A stretch of DNA of 61,188 nucleotides from Clostridia bacterium. Lineage in GTDB: Bacteria > Bacillota > Clostridia > UMGS1883. The position numbers were made by a program, and so were the translations under genes. Under the pieces are notes generated by a model. That model saw only the letters and a program-made list of their open reading frames with translations. It had not been told where the DNA came from and made no database searches. This document shows positions 18,153 to 27,422 of the stretch, piece after piece. The stretch lies in the NCBI GenBank assembly GCA_045660765.1, contig JAZREK010000067.1, positions 1-61,188 on the forward strand, read 5' to 3'. Position 1 is the first letter of the stretch, and each line of letters opens with the position of its first letter.

Positions 18153-19988
18153 TCAGTCCTCCTTGTGAAAGTAATTATAAATATTCTGTGCGTCCTTCTG
18201 ACCTATTCCCTTAACCTCGGCAAGCTCTGCTGCCGATGCGGTTTTTATCTTTGCGATACTCTTGAAATGTTTCAGAAGGGCAATTCTTTTTTGTTTTCCG
18301 ATACCCTCGATTTTTTCGAGTTCGCTTTCAATTGTATTTTTTCTATGCAGACTGCGATGATATTCAATCGCGAAGCGGTGCACCTCTTCCTGAATATGCG
18401 CGACAAGGTTATACACCGAACTTACGGGGTTTAGGTACACTTCCCCCTCCGCGCCAAGAAGTGCGCGTGTGCGATGTTTATCATCCTTGACCATACCGAA
18501 AACGGGAATGTCTGCGCCTATTTCGTCAAAAAGGGTACGGATTGCTGAAAGCTGTCCCTTTCCGCCGTCAAGAAGTATCAGGTCGGGCAATTTTGCAAAT
18601 TTGCCGTCATTCTCGCGCGATTCGTGAGTCAGTCTGCGGTAAATTACCTCGCGCAGGGATGCCGTATCGTTCGCGCCCTCTATTGTTTTGATTTTGAAAC
18701 GGCGATACTCCTTTTTGCAGGGTTTTCCGTTTTCAAAAACTATCATTGATGCAACGCTGTCGCTACCGCTTGTATGTGATATATCGTAAGATTCAATTCT
18801 GTCGGGAATCACGTCAAGACCAAGTATCTGCGCAAGTTCAGTTACAGATGCCTGTATCAGTTTTTCGCGCACCTTGACAGTTTTATAGTTTTCGATATTT
18901 TTAAGCGCGTTCTTCTGCGCCATATCGACTGTTTTTTTGTTATCTCCACGGACAGGGACTTTTATGTATGCCCTCTTTCCTCTTTTCTGCGACAGATATT
19001 CCTCAAGCGCACCTGAATCCTCGATATTATGCGAAAGCAGTATTGTTTCGGGAATAAAATTGTCACGACTGTAAAAGCGCGGTAAAAACTCGGTTAAGAG
19101 TGCGCTTTCTTCGTGATTTACAGCATCCGATAAATCGAAACTGTCGCGCCCGATAAGCCTGCCTCCGCGGATATAGAAAACCTCCGCAGATGAAAGCGAA
19201 TCAACCGATGCAACTGCAACAACATCAACATCTCCACCGCTTTCGGTAATAACTTTTTGAGTTTCGCCAAGTCTTTTTACCGATGCAATTCTGTCGCGAA
19301 GGAGTGCGGCGCGTTCAAACTCGAGATTCCCTGACGCTTCACGCATTTCTTCTTCAAGACTTAAAAGCACATCCTCATCCTTACCTTCAAGAAAGCGGAT
19401 TATGTTTTTGAAAATCTTTTTATACTCGTCAGGTTTTGTATTTCCCTGACAAATCCCGCTGCAACGCCCCATGCGATAATAAAGGCAGGGTCGCTCTTTA
19501 TTAAGGTCGCGCGGAAACTGCTTTTTACAATGAGGAAGCATAAAAATATTGCGAAGAAGTTCCATCGTTTCCTTGATTGAATAACCACTCGGATATGGTC
19601 CGAAATAGCGTGCTCCGTCATTTTCGATTTTGCGGACATAGAGCATACGCGGATAGTCCTCGTTTATCGTAATCTTGATATACGGATAATGTTTATCGTC
19701 CTTTAAAAGTATGTTATAGCGAGGTTTGTTTTCCTTGATAAGATTTGACTCAAGGACAAGTGCCTCCATCTCGCTGTCGCAGATGATATAGTCAAGGTCA
19801 TGTATCTTTGAAACCATAACCGAGGTTTTGACACTGTGATTGGCGCTTTTCTGAAAATACTGTCTTACACGTGCGCGCAGACTTTTAGCCTTACCGACAT
19901 AGATAATTCTTCCCGAAGCGTCTTTCATGGTATATACGCCGGGTTTTTGAGGCAATTTATTAAGTTTTTCTGCAATAACCTCGTTCAT
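18153..19988 (-). CDS. uvrC: Excinuclease ABC subunit C
   Basis: GIY-YIG (PGVY..IIYVGKAKSLRARV), YDISH, LILLDGGKGQ and C-terminal HhH. Confidence 0.96.
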   Translation of the reverse strand: MNEVIAEKLNKLPQKPGVYTMKDASGRIIYVGKAKSLRARVRQYFQKSANHSVKTSVMVSKIHDLDYIICDSEMEALVLESNLIKENKPRYNILLKDDKHYPYIKITINEDYPRMLYVRKIENDGARYFGPYPSGYSIKETMELLRNIFMLPHCKKQFPRDLNKERPCLYYRMGRCSGICQGNTKPDEYKKIFKNIIRFLEGKDEDVLLSLEEEMREASGNLEFERAALLRDRIASVKRLGETQKVITESGGDVDVVAVASVDSLSSAEVFYIRGGRLIGRDSFDLSDAVNHEESALLTEFLPRFYSRDNFIPETILLSHNIEDSGALEEYLSQKRGKRAYIKVPVRGDNKKTVDMAQKNALKNIENYKTVKVREKLIQASVTELAQILGLDVIPDRIESYDISHTSGSDSVASMIVFENGKPCKKEYRRFKIKTIEGANDTASLREVIYRRLTHESRENDGKFAKLPDLILLDGGKGQLSAIRTLFDEIGADIPVFGMVKDDKHRTRALLGAEGEVYLNPVSSVYNLVAHIQEEVHRFAIEYHRSLHRKNTIESELEKIEGIGKQKRIALLKHFKSIAKIKTASAAELAEVKGIGQKDAQNIYNYFHKED

Positions 19989-19999
19989 AAAATCACCTT

Positions 20000-21364
20000 T
20001 TATATAGTGATGCCAAGCATAATAACTGCAATTTCAAAATAGATAAGAAGCGAAATTGCATCCACTATTGTTGTAATAAACGGACTTGCCATTACGGCAG
20101 GGTCAAGTCCCATTTTATCGGCAAAAAGAGGAAGCGTACAGCCGACAATTTTTGCTACGATAACATCAAGCAGAAGCGTGATGCTTATCACGAGAGCTAC
20201 TGTTGTTCCAAGATTGTCAAACCAAATAAGTTTTGCCATATTCACAGCCGCGAGTGCTATTCCGCACAAAATTGCGACACGAAGTTCTTTCCAGATTATA
20301 CGCAAAATGTCTGAAAATTTTATTTCCCCGATTGAAAGTCCGCGGATTACCGTTACTGATGCCTGACTACCGCAGTTACCGCCTGTACCCATCAGCATAG
20401 GGATTGCGGAAACAAGGGCAATCTGTGCAGAGAGTGCGTTTTCAAATCGTGTTATTATCATTCCTGTAAATGCCGCCGAAATCATAAGTATAAAAAGCCA
20501 CGGGATACGACTTTTGAAAATTTCAAATACGCCTGTTTTGAGATAAGGCTTTTCAAGGGGCATAATAGCACCCATTTTTTCGATATCTTCCGTTGTTTCT
20601 TCCTGAAGTACATCTACAACGTCGTCAATTGTCACGATACCGACAAGGCGGTTTTCTTCGTCTACTACGGGCATTACGGAGAAGTCGTATTTTACGAAGT
20701 CGAGCGATACTTTTTCCCTGTCCTCTGTCGTGAGGGCGCAAATCACTTCCTCTGTCATAATTTCACTGATTTGCGTATTCTCTTCTGCAAAAAGAAGCTG
20801 ACGCATCGTCACGATACCAAGGATTTTCCTATTGCGGTCTGTTACATAACAGGTGTTAATTGTTTCCTTATCCACACCCGTTCTCCTGATGTTATTTATG
20901 GCATCCCTGACGGTCATATCGGGGCGAAGACGCACATACTCGGTAGTCATAATACTGCCGGCGCTGTCTTCGGGATATTTTAAAATTTCGTTTATGAGCT
21001 TTCTCTTTTCTGGGCCTGCCTGACGAAGGATCCTTTTTACTACATTTGCAGGCATTTCTTCTACAAGGTCAACTGCATCATCGACATAAAGTTCGTCTAT
21101 CACGGCTTTAAGTTCGCTGTCGCTGAAGCTCTGAATAAGAATTTCCTGATGATCCTCGTCCATTTGCGCAAAGGTTTCCGCCGCAAGCTCTTTCGGAAGA
21201 AGCCTGAACATAAGCGGAATCTGCTCGTTTTTACATTCACCCAACACAGCGGCGATGTCTGCCGCGTGCATAGTTTCCATAGTGTCTCGTACGGAGGCGT
21301 ACTTTTTGTTTTCTATCAGATTTTCAAGCACTTCTCCGAGGAGTTCTTTTTTGTTTTCTACCAT
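20000..21364 (-). CDS. mgtE: Magnesium transporter MgtE
   Basis: YPEDSAGSIMT, CBS pair, GTGGNCGSQ and DPAVMASPFITTIVD. Confidence 0.95.
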   Translation of the reverse strand: MVENKKELLGEVLENLIENKKYASVRDTMETMHAADIAAVLGECKNEQIPLMFRLLPKELAAETFAQMDEDHQEILIQSFSDSELKAVIDELYVDDAVDLVEEMPANVVKRILRQAGPEKRKLINEILKYPEDSAGSIMTTEYVRLRPDMTVRDAINNIRRTGVDKETINTCYVTDRNRKILGIVTMRQLLFAEENTQISEIMTEEVICALTTEDREKVSLDFVKYDFSVMPVVDEENRLVGIVTIDDVVDVLQEETTEDIEKMGAIMPLEKPYLKTGVFEIFKSRIPWLFILMISAAFTGMIITRFENALSAQIALVSAIPMLMGTGGNCGSQASVTVIRGLSIGEIKFSDILRIIWKELRVAILCGIALAAVNMAKLIWFDNLGTTVALVISITLLLDVIVAKIVGCTLPLFADKMGLDPAVMASPFITTIVDAISLLIYFEIAVIMLGITI

Positions 21365-21411
21365 ACAATCCCTCTTTCCTTATTTTTAGAGGGACGAAGT
21401 CTACTCTGCGT

Positions 21412-21477
21412 CTATACTAAAAAACAGACGCAGAGTTTCCTACTTCGTCCTGTTATACTGTTGCCTCCTGCGTCCAT
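21412..21477 (-). CDS. Putative mgtE leader peptide MDAGGNSITGRSRKLCVCFLV
   Basis: Own RBS GAGGTG 6 nt before the ATG; 21 codons embedded in a long hairpin upstream of the mgtE RBS. Confidence 0.55.
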   Translation of the reverse strand: MDAGGNSITGRSRKLCVCFLV

Positions 21478-21495
21478 TTTCTCACCTCTTTTATT

Positions 21496-21705
21496 TTAAT
21501 TTTCTTCTTCCGGGGTAAATCTCAGCACTTTTTTACCGTTTACCAAAACTTCCTCGTTCCACATTGATTTCGGGCGAACCCATATTCCGCATTCGTCATA
21601 CAGCGCCTGGTACACCACCATATCTTCAAGTGTTTCGGAGTGTTTTGCAATTGCAAGCACTTTATATTTATTCCCCTTGTAATGAGTATATATTTTGTTT
21701 ATCAT
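21496..21705 (-). CDS. DUF1653 family protein
   Basis: YTHYKGNKY..AKHSETLE..VVYQALY..WVRPKSMW. Confidence 0.9.
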   Translation of the reverse strand: MINKIYTHYKGNKYKVLAIAKHSETLEDMVVYQALYDECGIWVRPKSMWNEEVLVNGKKVLRFTPEEEN

Positions 21706-21707
21706 AT

Positions 21708-22121
21708 TTATCCTCTGTTTTTTTCCGGAAGCGTGTTTTCCTGATTTCTGTACATTACAAATTTACAGAATAAAAATTCAAGAACAAAGTTTGAAAGCAT
21801 TGTCACGGCAAGGACTATGTACTCGTTAATACCTGCCGTTTCTGCTATATGCCCCATATAAGTGGATGTTGGGGTAAAAACTGCATAAAATCCAAAAAGT
21901 TTCGCCATTGCTACAGGAATATTTACCGCTGACTTAAAAGTGTACTGTCTGTTTAATGTAAAATTCCAAATTATAGACAGTATAAGCGAAAACAGATAAG
22001 ACGGCCAATATATCCAATTAAAAACCTCGTTAAAAACCGCAAATGAACCAACCTGTATTAATCCTGCAGAAATAGAGAAAAGAGTAAATTTTATCATTTG
22101 AACAACTTGTGCTTTTTTCAT
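21708..22121 (-). CDS. GtrA-family membrane protein
   Basis: Four TM segments; IKFTLFS and WNFTLNRQYTF. Confidence 0.8.
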   Translation of the reverse strand: MKKAQVVQMIKFTLFSISAGLIQVGSFAVFNEVFNWIYWPSYLFSLILSIIWNFTLNRQYTFKSAVNIPVAMAKLFGFYAVFTPTSTYMGHIAETAGINEYIVLAVTMLSNFVLEFLFCKFVMYRNQENTLPEKNRG

Positions 22122-22339
22122 AATGTTTCCCTCTTTAAAAGTTTTTTTATTTTTTCTTCTATCAGTTCTTTTCTTTTTTTCGTTTCCTCTGAATCTATGA
22201 TATAATCCCCTTTTTCAAAGCGGATTACATCGCCTTCCTTGCCGTTTGGAATTTCATCTTTCAAAACGTCAATAGTTCCGCCTTCTTCTTTTTCAAGAAC
22301 GGCAAATCCACCTTCAAATCTGTCTAATATATATTTCAT
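22118..22339 (-). CDS. DUF3006 family protein
   Basis: MKYILDRFEGGFAVLE...KEGDVI...EET; start reassigned to ATG 22339. Confidence 0.85.
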   Translation of the reverse strand: MKYILDRFEGGFAVLEKEEGGTIDVLKDEIPNGKEGDVIRFEKGDYIIDSEETKKRKELIEEKIKKLLKRETL

Positions 22340-22352
22340 ACTATAATCCCTA

Positions 22353-23357
22353 TTACGATCTGTGTTGTGTATAAGTTTCGCTGAAAATATGACTTCCGTC
22401 ATTTTTTTCAGTATCTGTATGGTAATAAAGATACTTATGCTCTGCCGGAGCCATTGCCGCCTTGATAGACTTTATTCCCGGGTTACAGATAGGTCCTGCC
22501 GGAAGGCCTTCATATTTATATGTGTTATACTTTGAATCAATTTCAAGATCTCTGTACAAGACACGTTCAACATTATAAAGTCCGTCTGAAATCGCATACA
22601 CAACGCTGGCATCTATCTGAAGCTTCATATCTATTTCAAGTCTGTTTTTAATAACGCCTGAAATAAGGGCACGCTCTTCGTCAAGTTTTGCTTCGCGTTC
22701 AATAAGAGCTGCTCTGTTAATTGCTTCATCCATACTCATACCATCGGGAAGATCGCCTTTGACAATATCGTACTGGGCCTCGAACTCGGCAAGAAGAGCA
22801 TCTATAACCTCGTGCGCGGGAGTTTCCAAAGCGAATGCGTAAGTGCTTGGGAAAAGGTATCCCTGAAGCTTGTATTTCACATCTTCATTTTCAGGAATCT
22901 GTGCAATAAAGTCATAGTCAAACGTTCCGGTTGCAAGTTCATTCAAGAAAGACTCGGCAGAACATATTCCAAGCTCTTCGCAACGTACCGCTATCATTTC
23001 TGCACTGTAACCTTCGGGAATTGTAAGCTTCGCACCTTTTTTCTGCTCTACGGGGCGAGAAAGTGTTTCAATTACATCTTCAATACACATTTTCTCGTAA
23101 AGAAGATATTTGCCGTAATTGAGCTTTCCGCGATGTTCGGACTTTCTCATTTTAAGCTTAAAAGTGATTTCATAGTCAATTACGTTCTTTTCCTTAAGAA
23201 GCTTTGCAATGCTGGATTCTGACGCACCCTGCGGAATTTCCACTATTACGGGCGTGTCGGATGAATCAGTGCGCGTATATTCCAAAAACATAGAAAGTCC
23301 TGTCCACGCTAATATAACAGCCACAATAAGAAGCAAGATCAGTAGATATTTTTTCAT
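22353..23357 (-). CDS. mltG: Endolytic transglycosylase MltG
   Basis: TIPEG, QGYLFPSTY, ALIEREA and SKYNTYKYEGLPAGPICNPG; N-terminal TM. Confidence 0.93.
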   Translation of the reverse strand: MKKYLLILLLIVAVILAWTGLSMFLEYTRTDSSDTPVIVEIPQGASESSIAKLLKEKNVIDYEITFKLKMRKSEHRGKLNYGKYLLYEKMCIEDVIETLSRPVEQKKGAKLTIPEGYSAEMIAVRCEELGICSAESFLNELATGTFDYDFIAQIPENEDVKYKLQGYLFPSTYAFALETPAHEVIDALLAEFEAQYDIVKGDLPDGMSMDEAINRAALIEREAKLDEERALISGVIKNRLEIDMKLQIDASVVYAISDGLYNVERVLYRDLEIDSKYNTYKYEGLPAGPICNPGIKSIKAAMAPAEHKYLYYHTDTEKNDGSHIFSETYTQHRS

Positions 23358-23375
23358 TTTTTCATCCTCCGTAAG

Positions 23376-23410
23376 AAACCCTGTGCCATTAAACAATAGC
23401 ACAGGGTTTT
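23376..23410 (-). terminator. Intrinsic terminator-like hairpin
   Basis: AAACCCTGTGC...GCACAGGGTTT immediately after the stop codon of the 23412-24116 CDS. Confidence 0.65.
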
Positions 23411-23411
23411 A

Positions 23412-24116
23412 TTATTTCAGAAATTTTGAACTTTCAAACGTAACATTGGACATTAGTCCTATACCTTCAAACACAACGGAAACAGCATCAGTCATACCAC
23501 TAATCTGTTCAATGACGATTTCGTCTTTACAAAGCATCACCGCACCTATCGGAGCACCGTGGCGTCGCGAATACCTTGCCACAAGAGAATCTATATCCTC
23601 TGCAATTACCTGACCTTCGCGGAAAGATGAAAATCCAAAAGATTCAGAATAGTATGCAATATTATCTCGGATTTCATAGATTACAAATGCATGACCTGCT
23701 CCGGGATAAGCGGCACTATAGCCCGATTGTATAGGAAAACTTATTACAATGTTTTCAAGATTGTTTCCGTATTTTTCTACAAGCTTGTTAAGACAGTCTG
23801 CCCCGCTTTCTCGGTAGACAGAATATCCGCCACTTGTCGTTGTTACATTTTCAAAATTTGAGTACCATTGATTTCCGTTTCCGCGCAAATCAAATCCATC
23901 CTGAAATATTCCCATGGCGCGAAGTACGCATCTTACATATGTTCCGCAATATCCGCTGAAACTTCTACCATGGTATGTGCGTGCCTGTGAGTATATTGTC
24001 TGTCCGTAAGAAGACAATTCTGCAGGCACTTCATAAAACTGTGCATTTACAGTATTTGCAGTTACAAGCATTACTACAAGCATTGCCACTGCTTTTTTAA
24101 TTTTTTTCAAAAACAT
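23412..24116 (-). CDS. Secreted protein, putative CHAP/NlpC-P60-like Cys-His hydrolase
   Basis: Signal peptide; GYCGTYVR, GNGNQW, GHAFVI and a following YSES resemble CHAP Cys/His/Glu motifs. Confidence 0.5.
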   Translation of the reverse strand: MFLKKIKKAVAMLVVMLVTANTVNAQFYEVPAELSSYGQTIYSQARTYHGRSFSGYCGTYVRCVLRAMGIFQDGFDLRGNGNQWYSNFENVTTTSGGYSVYRESGADCLNKLVEKYGNNLENIVISFPIQSGYSAAYPGAGHAFVIYEIRDNIAYYSESFGFSSFREGQVIAEDIDSLVARYSRRHGAPIGAVMLCKDEIVIEQISGMTDAVSVVFEGIGLMSNVTFESSKFLK

Positions 24117-24166
24117 GCAATCTCTCCAAATTTATTTTTTCCGCAGTTTTCCTGCGAACGGGTAAC

Positions 24167-24240
24167 ATTCTACCATCAATTTGTAACAATTGCAAGTGTT
24201 TTTGTAATATTTTTTTAATATTTTTTAATATTTTCTTAAC
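24167..24240 (-). promoter_or_regulatory. sigma-A promoter with upstream phased hexamer array
   Basis: TTGCAA (24190-24195), 17 bp, TAGAAT (24167-24172); TGTAAY/TTTAAT-like hexamers at 24182, 24203, 24214, 24224 and 24235. Confidence 0.5.
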
Positions 24241-24271
24241 AAATTGCGCTATTTTTCGCTATTTTTGCGTT

Positions 24272-26155
24272 TTATTTTGTAACAATTTCGTTTTTGAACC
24301 ACTCTATCATTCCTTCATACAACGGAATTTCGCAAGAGAGTCTTTCCCTGAGCGCATATATTTCTTCAACAAGTTTATCAGAATCATTTATGGGTTGTTC
24401 TATATAAATCTTATCATGCTTTGTAGATGTATGCTTCTGTTTATCAAGAAGTATCTCTTCGTACATCTTTTCTCCGGGACGAAGTCCGGAGAACTCGATT
24501 TTAATATCCACGCCGGGAACGTATCCGCTATATTCAATAAGATTTCGTGCAAGGTCAACAATTTTTACAGGTTCTCCCATATCAAGGATGAAGATTTCTC
24601 CACCTTCCGCGAAAGCACCTGCCTGCATAACAAGCTGTGCCGCTTCGGGAATAGTCATAAAGAAACGGTTTATTTCAGGATGTGTAACCGTTATAGGGCC
24701 ACCTTCCTTAATCTGCTTTTTGAAAAGCGGAATAACACTACCGTTACTGCCGAGGACGTTACCGAATCTTACTGCGGTGTAAATTGTCTTGCCACCGTTT
24801 TTCTTCTGGGAAAGTGCAAACTGCTGAATTACCATTTCTGCAATACGTTTACTTGCACCCATAATATTTGTGGGATTTACCGCCTTATCAGTTGAAATAA
24901 GAACGAATCTTTCAACGCTGAACTTTTCACAAGTTGATGCCACATTATATGTGCCATAGACATTATTTTTGATTGCTTCATCAGGGCTGTCTTCCATAAG
25001 AGGAACATGTTTGTGTGCCGCTGCGTGGAACACAACCTTGGGCTTATATGCCTCAAAAACTTCCGAAAGTCTCTTTTCATCGCGGACAGAGCCAATCAGA
25101 ACCTCAAGCTTAAGTTCGGGATAATTCTTTCTGAGTTCTATCTGAAGGTCGTATGCATTATTTTCATATATGTCAAATATTATAAGACGTTTGGGACTAT
25201 ATTTTGCAATCTGGCGGCAAAGTTCACTGCCTATACTTCCGCCACCGCCTGTAACGAGGACGGTTTTTTGACAGATATAATCAAAAACATCTTTACCGTC
25301 AATAATTTCTTCTTCTCGACCTAAAAGTTCCTGCGGTGTAACCTCACGAATCTGACTTACACTGGCTCTACCGATTGCAAGGTCTATAAGAGAAGGAACT
25401 GTTGAAGTCTTGAGCCCTGTTTCACGACATATCTGCATAATTGCTCTGTGATCTTCTTTTTTACCTGAAGGAATAGCTATAACAATTTCTTGTACATTGT
25501 ACTGCTGGGCTGCTCCTACAATTTTATCACGACCACCTACGATCGGAACATCGGATATAACCATTCCGTGCTTTCTCATATTGTCATCAATAGCAACAAC
25601 AGGTCGCATATTATTATCCTTGACCATACTTTTGATAAGCAAAGAACCTGTGTCCCCTGCGCCTACAATCATAACACGAGTTTTGTGAGCCGAGGCTTTT
25701 TCTTCCGTTCTTTTTCTTGCGTAGATACGATAGTATTTACCTGCATATCTTTCAAGAGTAAATCCGCAAATAGATATAATTCCTATCAGAACGAAATCTG
25801 AAAATGCGAAAATCTTTTCATTAAGAACGAGCACTCTGGAAAGAGCGTATGCAAGAAGTGTTCCGCCGGTAATGGATAAATACATTTTTATGTATTCCGT
25901 AAATTCGGCATAACGCCAGCTTGTCGCATAGCTTCCCGAAAGTCCCATAGTCGCAGTAACCGAAAGGCAAAGAATTATAAGTTCTTTGTACTTACCGGCA
26001 TAAAAGGAAATGGGGTTTATAAAGAAATCATCCATTCGTAGCATAAAAGCAAACAATGCTGCAACGATCATTATAATAGCATCTAAAATTATCATTGCGA
26101 AAATACGATTAAAGTTATTCATTTGCAAGGTTGATGAATATTTTTTGGAAAACAT
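24272..26155 (-). CDS. CapD/PglF-type membrane UDP-GlcNAc 4,6-dehydratase (polysaccharide biosynthesis protein)
   Basis: Four N-terminal TMs; IVGAG, VTGGGGSIGSEL, HAAAHKHVP, STDKAV, RFGNVLGS and GLRPGEK. Confidence 0.9.
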   Translation of the reverse strand: MFSKKYSSTLQMNNFNRIFAMIILDAIIMIVAALFAFMLRMDDFFINPISFYAGKYKELIILCLSVTATMGLSGSYATSWRYAEFTEYIKMYLSITGGTLLAYALSRVLVLNEKIFAFSDFVLIGIISICGFTLERYAGKYYRIYARKRTEEKASAHKTRVMIVGAGDTGSLLIKSMVKDNNMRPVVAIDDNMRKHGMVISDVPIVGGRDKIVGAAQQYNVQEIVIAIPSGKKEDHRAIMQICRETGLKTSTVPSLIDLAIGRASVSQIREVTPQELLGREEEIIDGKDVFDYICQKTVLVTGGGGSIGSELCRQIAKYSPKRLIIFDIYENNAYDLQIELRKNYPELKLEVLIGSVRDEKRLSEVFEAYKPKVVFHAAAHKHVPLMEDSPDEAIKNNVYGTYNVASTCEKFSVERFVLISTDKAVNPTNIMGASKRIAEMVIQQFALSQKKNGGKTIYTAVRFGNVLGSNGSVIPLFKKQIKEGGPITVTHPEINRFFMTIPEAAQLVMQAGAFAEGGEIFILDMGEPVKIVDLARNLIEYSGYVPGVDIKIEFSGLRPGEKMYEEILLDKQKHTSTKHDKIYIEQPINDSDKLVEEIYALRERLSCEIPLYEGMIEWFKNEIVTK

Positions 26156-26190
26156 AGCTTCCCTCCATAACACCATAAATTCTCATTATA

Positions 26191-26219
26191 ATTTTATCTT
26201 AAAATGCCTTTTATGTCAA
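26191..26219 (-). promoter_or_regulatory. sigma-A promoter of the capD-like gene
   Basis: TTGACA (26214-26219), 17 bp, TAAAAT (26191-26196). Confidence 0.65.
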
Positions 26220-26224
26220 GTTTT

Positions 26225-26542
26225 ATAACAAAAACGGGTATCGTAATAACCGATAGCCATTGGAGCATTATCCGAACCTGCCCAAAATGGCTGAAAATAG
26301 GCTTTTTCTTCGTTATCGGTCTTAAAATACACAAAGTATTTCTTCGCCCTGTTGCCTTGAAAAATCTCAATTTTGAGCCATTTGGGGTTTAAAGAATTTT
26401 TTGCTAACTATTTTTCGGTGTAACAAGGCAAAAACGAAGCCCATACTGTCGTATGGGCTTCGTTTTTAACACAGTAGCAACGAAAAAGCGGACGCAAAAA
26501 ACAGAGTTCGGATAATACTCCAATGGCTACCCGTTTTGTTAT
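26225..26542. repeat. Branched palindromic intergenic element, copy A (MITE/REPIN-like or structured RNA)
   Basis: Inverted repeat TAGCCATTGGAGCATTATCCGAAC (26254-26277) / GTTCGGATAATACTCCAATGGCTA (26506-26529) encloses two long hairpins; same architecture as 47469-47747. Confidence 0.75.
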
Positions 26543-26548
26543 GCAGTT

Positions 26549-27391
26549 TTACCACATCCTTATTACTGTTCTTGATTCCTCAAGAATACTTGCTTCCCAA
26601 TCTAGGAAATCGGAAGGACAAGGTTCGGTGACATTATAAATTTCTTTTCTTTCGTCAATCCACCTTATCAATTCGCCGTTATGGAAATAGAAGCGGTTTT
26701 CTTTTTCAGCATTAGAAACAAATGCAAAATATAGTTCTTCCTCGTCAAAATAGTAAATTCTAGTGTAGTTAAGCCTATCATCCGCGGGAACTTCTATTTT
26801 CTTTAATTCGCCTTTGTAGAAATAATAAGACGCATTTGAAGAACCGATGTATCCAATCTCAAGTTTCAACTGCTGTGTCTCGTTATACATGGCTCTTATC
26901 TTCTTCACAGCCGCCTCGACATCTCCCGTAGTCAGAATCCTGTCATCTTCTGCAGTTACAGGGAACTCTTCTTTAGGCTGAGGAATAATCTCTTCCTCAA
27001 TTTCGGGGGCAGGTTTTTCATCAGGCTTGGCAGAATCAGTTTTTTCCGCAGTTTCTTTTTCTTCTACTGTAGCTTCTTTTTCTTCTACTGCAGTTTCTTT
27101 TTCTTCTACTGACGTAGTCGTATCCTTATCCTCGTCACCTGACATTTGTCCCAGAACAAAACAAGCAATACACAAAAGTCCGATAAATGCACCTACTAAA
27201 ACTGCCAGAGCTATGTTTTTACCCGTTGAAGAGTCACTTTTTTTTATTACTCGGTGAGGTTCATATAGTTCCGTTCGTGTTTCTTCCGGCATTATAAATT
27301 CATCAGTCTGAGTTAAGGCACCGCCGCAGTACTCACAAATCGCACTATTAGAGCTTTGTGCCTCTTTTCCACAATTAACACATTTTTTCAT
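26549..27391 (-). CDS. Zinc-ribbon membrane protein with acidic repeat linker
   Basis: CVNCG...CEYCG, a single TM, three VEEKE(T/A)-type repeats and an extracellular C-terminal domain. Confidence 0.75.
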   Translation of the reverse strand: MKKCVNCGKEAQSSNSAICEYCGGALTQTDEFIMPEETRTELYEPHRVIKKSDSSTGKNIALAVLVGAFIGLLCIACFVLGQMSGDEDKDTTTSVEEKETAVEEKEATVEEKETAEKTDSAKPDEKPAPEIEEEIIPQPKEEFPVTAEDDRILTTGDVEAAVKKIRAMYNETQQLKLEIGYIGSSNASYYFYKGELKKIEVPADDRLNYTRIYYFDEEELYFAFVSNAEKENRFYFHNGELIRWIDERKEIYNVTEPCPSDFLDWEASILEESRTVIRMW

Positions 27392-27422
27392 AACGAATCT
27401 CCTGTGTTCAAAATTAATCCGT

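Noticed and set aside
21365-21495. M-box (ykoK) riboswitch for mgtE
   Set aside because: Region too short and no M-box consensus visible; a leader ORF explains it better.
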